Source of the DNA: an uncultured Gammaproteobacteria bacterium
GTDB lineage: Bacteria; Patescibacteriota; Patescibacteriia; Magasanikbacterales; JBBTQS01
Direction of reading: 5' to 3'
Length of the DNA: 64,000 nucleotides
Assembly (NCBI GenBank): GCA_965230935.1
Contig: OZ246400.1
Location: 310,359-374,358 of the forward strand
The first letter of the stretch is position 1. Each line of letters starts with the position of its first letter. The notes beneath the pieces were generated by a model. The model was given only the letters and a program-made list of their open reading frames with translations. It ran no database searches and had not been told where the DNA came from. This document shows positions 58,098-64,000 of this stretch, one piece after another. The position numbers and the translations under genes are program-made.

Positions 58098-59177
58098 TTA
58101 TTCAAGAGCCAAAAGTGGCATATCGACAATGGCCTCACCATCATCGCGCATGACTTGTAATTGTACCGTAGTACCAACCGGGTACGAAAACAACAAACTA
58201 CTTAGTGTTTGATCGTAGCTTAACGGAATACCGTTTACTGCAGTGATCACATCACCAACTTGCAGTGCAGCAGGTGCTGACGTTGATTGAGAGACGCGCA
58301 TGACCATGGCACCCTGTTCAGGAACTGTTGGGTCAATACTTGCTAAACCTGCAAGAGAAATATAGCTAAACGGTAATTGAGCACGACGAACTTGCTGTGT
58401 GGCAAATAAATCGTCAAGTACCGGGGTTACAAATGATGCAGGAGTAAACTGAATATGATTCTCCTGAGCATCTACACCAGTAACAATGCCGAGTACTTGC
58501 GCATCTTTGGTAAGTAGTGGCATGCCCAATGCAACATCGTGATATGCCGGACTTGCAAGACCAACTTCATCATACACCTGTGCGTCTTGCACCAAACAAT
58601 CAGTACTTGCACAATCATAATGATGTACTGCATCTATAATGATAGCACGAAGTGGACCACTTGTGGTAGGAATAGCCACCACTTCACTACGGGTGTTCTC
58701 ATCCACACGCGCAAATGCAAGTGCAAGAAGAGACACATCTTCAAGTTTAGCAAACACCAAGTTACTTGCCTGATCACGGACAATGGCAGTGACTGGAGCG
58801 AATACTCCTTGACCTAATCCAATAACTGCTTGTGTATTTGCAATGACATCCTGGGTGCTTACTACCCATCCATCATGCGTAAGCGCAATGGCATAGCCGA
58901 GCTGGTCACGTTGCGTGATGTAAAAGTTTGCCAAGGTATCGTTCGTCTTGGTGCGTGACGATGGATATACTGGCAAGACACCTCCAAGCACTTTGCGATC
59001 AATGCGACTTATGGTAGTGGTAGCATCTTGGGGTACAAAAATAGGGGTAGAACGTTCAACAACGGTGATACCAAAATCAAATAGTTTTCCAGAAAGCAAG
59101 CCGCCAATAAGTCCAAGCCCAAGTGCGAGGGCAATAAAAAATACTGCAAGAATAATACGTTTCATATTAAGCACCAT
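58098..59177 (-). CDS. HtrA-like trypsin-fold/PDZ protein, catalytic Ser apparently not conserved
   Basis: N-terminal TM. LTHDGWVVST (His region). ALGMPLLTKDAQVLGIVTG where GNSGGPL is expected. C-terminal PDZ (LQVGDVITAVNGIPL). Confidence 0.45.
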   Translation of the reverse strand: MVLNMKRIILAVFFIALALGLGLIGGLLSGKLFDFGITVVERSTPIFVPQDATTTISRIDRKVLGGVLPVYPSSRTKTNDTLANFYITQRDQLGYAIALTHDGWVVSTQDVIANTQAVIGLGQGVFAPVTAIVRDQASNLVFAKLEDVSLLALAFARVDENTRSEVVAIPTTSGPLRAIIIDAVHHYDCASTDCLVQDAQVYDEVGLASPAYHDVALGMPLLTKDAQVLGIVTGVDAQENHIQFTPASFVTPVLDDLFATQQVRRAQLPFSYISLAGLASIDPTVPEQGAMVMRVSQSTSAPAALQVGDVITAVNGIPLSYDQTLSSLLFSYPVGTTVQLQVMRDDGEAIVDMPLLALE

Positions 59178-59249
59178 AGTCGTTTCACGAGCAATATCAC
59201 GTGGTGGCAAATGAGGGGAATGTGAATCCTGTGAGTCCATAGAGTTGTG

Positions 59250-60038
59250 TTATAGCCAGCGCACTAACAAAAGAATAAGTAATAAAAGTACGCCGGCAAC
59301 ACCATATACTATTTTGCGTATTTTGTCACGACGCGGTTCTCCAGCAACTTGTTCGAGCAGCGGTAGCGCTAATGCAAATGTCATTGCAGGAAAAAGCGAA
59401 ACAACACCATACCCAAATGGAAGCAGAAGGGTTGCCCACGCAACTTCAATTACAACCAAGGTAAGAATCGCGCACGCGATAATACGATGCGCAGTGCGTT
59501 TTTCTACAAATCGTAAGTAAGCATACACTGAACTCAATACTTCGATTCCCATACCCACTAACACCCAAATCACATTCAGTTGTGCAAAAACCACCAAACC
59601 AAACAATGACGCACCTGCGAGATACAGTGCATAGACTTGCACCATCCGGGTCGTTCGCAACAACACTTCGCGCGAACGCTGCGCCGGCACCATCAAAAAC
59701 CGCAATCCATGATAATCATAGATCAACAACACAATACTAGAGAACATCACAATTACAATATGCGCCAACACATGCTCGACCAAAAATATCACTCCTCCAG
59801 CACCAAACAATAACCATGCACTATGCAAGAGTAAAAAAATACGCACCGGACTTTTCCCCGCCTGACGAGTATGGTACGTCAATCCAATACCATGAATCAA
59901 AACACTCAAGATAAGAAGTATTACTCCCCAACTAGGAATCACCCGAATAAAGATCAACAGGAGTGCACTGACTCCTGCTAAGATACTTGAGATGCGAAGT
60001 GCACTACTCATAAGAAAGTGATGAGACCACCAAATCAA
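59250..60038 (-). CDS. hypothetical polytopic membrane protein
   Basis: 262 aa with about 7 hydrophobic helices. No family motif recognised. Confidence 0.4.
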   Translation of the reverse strand: MIWWSHHFLMSSALRISSILAGVSALLLIFIRVIPSWGVILLILSVLIHGIGLTYHTRQAGKSPVRIFLLLHSAWLLFGAGGVIFLVEHVLAHIVIVMFSSIVLLIYDYHGLRFLMVPAQRSREVLLRTTRMVQVYALYLAGASLFGLVVFAQLNVIWVLVGMGIEVLSSVYAYLRFVEKRTAHRIIACAILTLVVIEVAWATLLLPFGYGVVSLFPAMTFALALPLLEQVAGEPRRDKIRKIVYGVAGVLLLLILLLVRWL

Positions 60039-60450
60039 GCTCCTCCATATGTGATCCGCGCATGTCGATGTTTCCGTTTTCTAACTGGTTAATGGTTTGG
60101 GAAAGTTCAAGCACCAAACTTAAATGAATGCTTTGCATACGCTCGGGAACCAGTGTCTGCAATAATGCGTTATGCAACTCTTGCGCAAGTGCAAGCCACT
60201 GAGCATCTTGGTCTTCAGCTTCGAGTGTTTGGAGCGCTTCGACATACGTTTGCACACGTGTGCGCACATCTTGTGCATATTCTTGTTCCAGATTGTTTGG
60301 CGCAAATTCAATCGACGTTACGGTACGATTCTCATCCTCCACTGGATTGTTCACCTGTACATATACAACAAGCACCAACAAAATTGTAGTGGTCACTAAT
60401 GCGATCCACAAAAACATGGGACGAGAACGACGATGAGAACTTCCAAACAT
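60004..60450 (-). CDS. hypothetical membrane-anchored protein
   Basis: 148 aa, one N-terminal TM (LWIALVTTTILLVLVVYV), then an acidic helical domain. Confidence 0.35.
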   Translation of the reverse strand: MFGSSHRRSRPMFLWIALVTTTILLVLVVYVQVNNPVEDENRTVTSIEFAPNNLEQEYAQDVRTRVQTYVEALQTLEAEDQDAQWLALAQELHNALLQTLVPERMQSIHLSLVLELSQTINQLENGNIDMRGSHMEELDLVVSSLSYE

Positions 60451-60452
60451 AC

Positions 60453-61475
60453 TTATTCGTGTTTACTTGAAAATACTTCTTTAAGAAAGACCGTAAGCGC
60501 TGTTGCAATCGGAATTGCCAAAAGTGCCCCCAAAACACCTGCCAGCTTTGCACCAATTAAAATCGAAATAATACTGACCAATGGATTAAGTCCAACTGCT
60601 TTTTGCATGACCTTTGGTACCAGCAAGTTGTTTTCAATGACTTGCATGATCCAATAGAAGATCAGCACGATAAGTGCGCGAATTGGAGAATCAGTGAACG
60701 CAAAAAAGATTGCCGGGATAGCCGCGAGCACCGGGCCAACATAAGGGATGATTTCGAATAGCCCGGCGATAAGTGCTAACACCAATGCATACTGCACGCC
60801 AATAATAGTCAGACCAACGTACGCTAACACACCAATAATCAAACTGAGCATGAGTTGTCCACGCAACCAATGCCCGAGCATGGTTTTGATCTTCGACAAA
60901 ATACGTGTGACGTATGGTTGGTATTGATCAGGAACCACTTGGCGCATGGCACGCTTAAGTGCACTTTCTTGCACTACCATGTAAAACGTCAATACCAGCA
61001 CTAACAAGAATGAAAATACATTGCCGAAAAATCCAGTGATGGTTGAGAAAACATTCGTGAAGGTTCCTTGCAATCCTGATGAGAGTGAGCTGATACTGGA
61101 CTGAATCTCATTTGAGATACCATATTGTTGTGAAAATTGCTTGAGCGCTTCAACACTTGATGCTACTCGATCCCACTGTGAACTGAGTCCTTCGGCAAGT
61201 GCTTTTGATTCTGTAACTACTGGTGGCACCAACAAAATCCCAACCAACACAAATAACCCAATAAAAATGACATAGGTCGCTAGTACGGAGATCGCCCGAG
61301 GGATTTTGCGACGTTCACACCAATCGGCCAATGGATCAATAAGTGAGGCAAAAATAAGTGAGACAAATACCAAAAGAATGATATCTCGGATCATGACCAA
61401 GAACCACAAAAACAGTAGTGTGAATACGATCTTAACAATCGTCTTTGTACTGATCGTAATGGATTGTTCTTTCAT
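60453..61475 (-). CDS. AI-2E family transporter (PerM/YhhT, UPF0118)
   Basis: 340 aa with 8 TM helices. ...GLFEIIPYVGPVLAAIPAIFFAF... is characteristic of AI-2E/UPF0118 proteins. Confidence 0.65.
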   Translation of the reverse strand: MKEQSITISTKTIVKIVFTLLFLWFLVMIRDIILLVFVSLIFASLIDPLADWCERRKIPRAISVLATYVIFIGLFVLVGILLVPPVVTESKALAEGLSSQWDRVASSVEALKQFSQQYGISNEIQSSISSLSSGLQGTFTNVFSTITGFFGNVFSFLLVLVLTFYMVVQESALKRAMRQVVPDQYQPYVTRILSKIKTMLGHWLRGQLMLSLIIGVLAYVGLTIIGVQYALVLALIAGLFEIIPYVGPVLAAIPAIFFAFTDSPIRALIVLIFYWIMQVIENNLLVPKVMQKAVGLNPLVSIISILIGAKLAGVLGALLAIPIATALTVFLKEVFSSKHE

Positions 61476-61522
61476 ACTGGACTAGTGACATTGTACCGTA
61501 TATAGTGGAGCTACACAAACCT

Positions 61523-61969
61523 ATGCCAACCCTAGCTAAAAACAAACGAGCCCGATTTGACTATGAAATCCTTGATACTCTTGAGGCTGGTGTTATGTTG
61601 TCTGGAGCTGAGGCCAAAGCCACGCGAGAGGGGCAGATGAAGTTGGTTGAATCGTATGTCACGTTTAAGGGTGATATCCCCTATCTGACTAATGCGCACA
61701 TTAGTCGGTACAGTAAATCAGATCAGTATGCGCCGTATGATCCAACACGTCCACGAAAGCTACTACTTAAAAAGAGTGAAATCGCAATGTTGATTGGAAA
61801 AAAAAGTCGCGATGGATTGACAATTGTCCCGCTTTCTGCCTATACTAGTCGCGGCGTAATTAAAATTGAGATCGGCCTAGCGCGTGGAAAGAAAAAACAT
61901 GATAAGCGCGAGGTACTCAAAAAACGTGACATTGATCGCGATGTGCGCCGAGACCTTAAACGGGGATGA
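61523..61969 (+). CDS. smpB: SsrA-binding protein SmpB
   Basis: NKRARFDYEILDTLEAGVMLSGAEAK ... LLLKKSEIAMLIGKKSRDGLTIVPLSAY matches SmpB. Start at Met 61523; the ORF-track start is 61505. Confidence 0.8.
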   Translation: MPTLAKNKRARFDYEILDTLEAGVMLSGAEAKATREGQMKLVESYVTFKGDIPYLTNAHISRYSKSDQYAPYDPTRPRKLLLKKSEIAMLIGKKSRDGLTIVPLSAYTSRGVIKIEIGLARGKKKHDKREVLKKRDIDRDVRRDLKRG

Positions 61970-62349
61970 CCGGTATCGATGGGAGTATTCCTGTTTCATT
62001 CTTGCGTATCGAGTTGAGTGTACTCGTAAAACGTGCTCAATCCTATACGTGCAAACGTATACAGCCGAGTGAAAGGAGCTATTGCGCAAGCATTTAGCAC
62101 ACCATCATTCGCACCGGTTGTTGCTTAAGAGCACGCAACCCATCGCCGGCTGATACTTCTAGGCCATCAGCGGTGTCATAAGAAGTGTAGGTCAGTGTGT
62201 CTTCCCAGCATGTTGGCTGAAATTCCGGGATTGGTGTTCATGGACTTTGGCTGTTTGTGGCCATGGACGCGACATTACAAACAGTCTACATACGTAGATC
62301 GGGATGTTGCAGTCTTCCAGACGTGGGTTCAATTCCCACCATCTCCACA
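61962..62349 (+). ncRNA. ssrA: tmRNA (ssrA), standard one-piece form
   Basis: The 5' GGGGATG (61962-61968, overlapping the smpB stop) pairs with the 3' CATCTCC (62340-62346) as an acceptor stem. T-arm GTGGG-TTCAATT-CCCAC at 62323-62339, then discriminator A and CA. Internal frame ...AIAQAFSTPSFAPVVA-TAA is a candidate tag peptide. Followed by a GNRA-loop terminator. Confidence 0.6.
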
Positions 62350-62360
62350 GAAATAAAAAA

Positions 62361-62392
62361 TACCGCCGCAAGGTGGTGTTTTTTGTTTCTGG
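62361..62392 (+). terminator. tmRNA terminator (ACCGCC-GCAA-GGTGGT hairpin plus TTTTTTGTTT)
   Basis: Stem with a GNRA tetraloop immediately 3' of the tRNA-like end, followed by a U-run. Confidence 0.55.
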
Positions 62393-62437
62393 AGACTGTG
62401 TAGGAATTGAATCCTAGCGAACCGTAGGTGAGCGTTT

Positions 62438-62456
62438 GTTCAATCCACCATCTCCA
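62438..62456 (+). repeat. degenerate second copy of the tmRNA 3' terminus (gttcaatccaccatctcca)
   Basis: About 17/19 identity to 62327..62347 (gttcaattcccaccatctcca), about 90 nt downstream of the genuine 3' end. Preceded by a T-arm-like mini-hairpin taggaattgaatccta. Confidence 0.5.
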
Positions 62457-62467
62457 TCACAAAAGAA

Positions 62468-62523
62468 ATACCACTGGTTGCAATCGCTTCGCGACCCTAA
62501 CGGGCAAAAGCAACCAGTGGTAT
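62468..62523. terminator. bidirectional terminator: 14-bp stem ATACCACTGGTTGC...GCAACCAGTGGTAT
   Basis: Perfect 14-bp inverted repeat with a 28-nt loop, followed by TTCTTTT on the plus strand and a T-tract on the minus strand. Lies between ssrA (+) and the convergent GDYXXLXY gene (-). Confidence 0.5.
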
Positions 62524-62544
62524 TTCTTTTATCTTAAAACAGTA

Positions 62545-63069
62545 TTACTCTCCAAACTCCACCACCTCGCCCCGTATCAACAAATCAACAATTCCGGCAT
62601 TCCCCTTCTCATCAATAGCCACTCGCACATCAACCTCCTCAGCTCGTTCTCGTTCAATCACCTTCCCGGCTCCCTCAGGAACAAAATAACTTTCAATACC
62701 ATACTCAACAGTTAAACGATCATTACGCACACCGGTGATTTTTCCTTTGATGAATAACTCCTCTTTAGGCGGCAAAGGCGAAACCAAAACTGGCTCTGCA
62801 TATTCCCCTACTTTTTCCAGTTTAATGTACACTTCTGACCCAAGACTTGGGCCTGTCACATAACTTATTACTTTTTCTGTATCAATCTGTGTGATCTCAT
62901 AGCGTAAGATCACATAATCACCACGGAAAAAATCGCGTGGATCAACCGGAACAGTTTTCAGCAACACCTGTTGACCGGTCTGTAATGTGTACTCTTTCAT
63001 CCCAATAAACACGGCAAATACCGCTACCCAAAACAGTGCAATACCGATAAAAATGGTTTTCTTTTGCAT
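62545..63069 (-). CDS. GDYXXLXY-motif membrane-anchored protein
   Basis: N-terminal TM (IFIGIALFWVAVFAVFIG), then PRDFFRGDYVILRYEI (GDYxxLxY family). Start at Met 63069 (MQKK) gives a 4-nt gap to the upstream gene; the ORF-track start is 63138. Confidence 0.55.
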   Translation of the reverse strand: MQKKTIFIGIALFWVAVFAVFIGMKEYTLQTGQQVLLKTVPVDPRDFFRGDYVILRYEITQIDTEKVISYVTGPSLGSEVYIKLEKVGEYAEPVLVSPLPPKEELFIKGKITGVRNDRLTVEYGIESYFVPEGAGKVIERERAEEVDVRVAIDEKGNAGIVDLLIRGEVVEFGE

Positions 63070-63073
63070 ACTA

Positions 63074-64000
63074 TTATGATTGTACTTGATGCGTGCCAAA
63101 CTCCTGCTTAATCTCTCGTCGTTTTTTCTCAAGGGCAATACCTCCTAGCACAAGAATCAATCCACCAACCATAAAGAATACTGATCGTGATAACAAATCC
63201 CAAAAGAAATCAAAGTACCGAGCGAAGATAAATACCGCTGTCCAAAACATGCCCATGTTGACCAATTTCATATCCTCTCGTTTGTGACCAATCCATAAGA
63301 ATGTTCCGATCACCGCCACCATAAGAAGATTAAATAGGATGATATACACGGATGACGCTGGGGGGAAAAAGAAGAAAAAGAGCGTCAACCCAACCATGCC
63401 AAATCCAAACCAACTTTCAAATGCTGACGTTTTGGATTTACTTGGATTAAAGAACCAATTGATGAGCAATGTAAAAATAGCAACCAAGGAAAAAATCACC
63501 ATCATAAACTTAAACTGACCTGACACGAGTGAGAGTAAATCCAACTCACCATTATACCGCCTCATCACTACTCCTGAAAATTCTTCGAATGTAAGCAAGA
63601 ATAGTGAAACCATCAATACCTTAAGCGCACCAATTCTAAAAATTCGTGCGACTTTTTTCAATCCATCAGCAAAGTAATGCATGGCACCAATGCCAAAAAC
63701 CATCACACCACAAATCAGATACATTGCCGGTAGAAAACGGATGTCTGCAAACGCATCAAATAAACGCGTCCCTCTGAATACGAAAAATCCAAGCCACAAA
63801 AAGAACAATACTGCCGAAAGTGCGGCAACCGGTGTAGATGAAAATGCATACACAAATGGCAACACACCAATGAGCCAAATCAAAAGAAGTACGTGTGCAT
63901 TTGCATTTACATGATAAATCTGGGCGATCAAAAATACTGACGCGCCAAATAACATGGCACCCAAAAATAGGAGGGCTGCTCCAACCTTAGGATAATTTTT
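63074..64000 (-). CDS. polytopic membrane protein (DUF2157-like, usual partner of GDYXXLXY proteins), N-terminus beyond window
   Basis: ORF is open to the window edge; manual check found no in-frame stop upstream of the TTG at 63964. More than 9 hydrophobic helices. Co-occurs with the GDYXXLXY gene. Confidence 0.45.
   Translation of the reverse strand, partial: KNYPKVGAALLFLGAMLFGASVFLIAQIYHVNANAHVLLLIWLIGVLPFVYAFSSTPVAALSAVLFFLWLGFFVFRGTRLFDAFADIRFLPAMYLICGVMVFGIGAMHYFADGLKKVARIFRIGALKVLMVSLFLLTFEEFSGVVMRRYNGELDLLSLVSGQFKFMMVIFSLVAIFTLLINWFFNPSKSKTSAFESWFGFGMVGLTLFFFFFPPASSVYIILFNLLMVAVIGTFLWIGHKREDMKLVNMGMFWTAVFIFARYFDFFWDLLSRSVFFMVGGLILVLGGIALEKKRREIKQEFGTHQVQS

Noticed and set aside
1-64000. 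CRISPR arrays, transposases, integrases, toxin-antitoxin pairs
   Set aside because: Scanned by eye for regularly spaced direct repeats and for DDE/tyrosine-recombinase-like ORFs. None found. The only short repeats are the terminator pair (2527/3372) and the tmRNA 3' duplication.

Overview
This 64-kb window is mostly low-GC DNA (about 40-45% GC by eye; no computation was possible) and is dominated by one very large cell-surface glycan biosynthesis locus. The gene content resembles Patescibacteria/CPR-type genomes: ECF sigma with a DUF5667-like anti-sigma, giant surface proteins, O-antigen-ligase/TPR fusions, and an AI-2E transporter. Assigning it to that lineage is an inference.

The glycan locus contains:
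- nonulosonic-acid genes (NeuB-like synthase, NeuA-like CMP-transferase);
- an apparent UDP-xylose to UDP-arabinofuranose route (UDP-glucuronate decarboxylase, SDR epimerase, and a plant-type RGP/GT75 mutase);
- a 3,6-dideoxyhexose-type module (4,6-dehydratase, a PMP-type 3-dehydratase with His in place of Lys, an SDR reductase/epimerase, and a split transketolase);
- about ten GT4 glycosyltransferases, a GT47 exostosin-like protein, and a GT2/GT-C pair;
- three methyltransferases, a Wzx flippase, a Wzz chain-length determinant, and four Wzy/O-antigen-ligase-like membrane proteins (three with C-terminal TPR repeats).

Other features are an operon of ECF sigma, anti-sigma and a ~1250-aa surface protein; an acidic 735-aa HExxH protein; a hydrolase-like protein with FG-GAP repeats; and smpB followed by a tmRNA gene with a duplicated 3' terminus.

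The most anomalous feature is a ~5.6-kb segment (about 51.5-57.2 kb) lying between the wzy-like and wzz-like genes. Its three ORFs are about 70% GC with GC3 near 90%. They encode a lipoprotein with Myxococcota-style Cys-rich repeats, an OmpA-like/TSP3 protein with an outer-membrane-type C-terminus, and a secreted Cys-rich protein. Each ORF is separated from the next by AT-rich, host-like spacers that carry large palindromes.

A second, milder GC-elevated block (about 1.05-5.0 kb) contains NeuA and several hypothetical genes; two of these are followed by near-identical terminator repeats. No CRISPR array, transposase or integrase gene was recognised.
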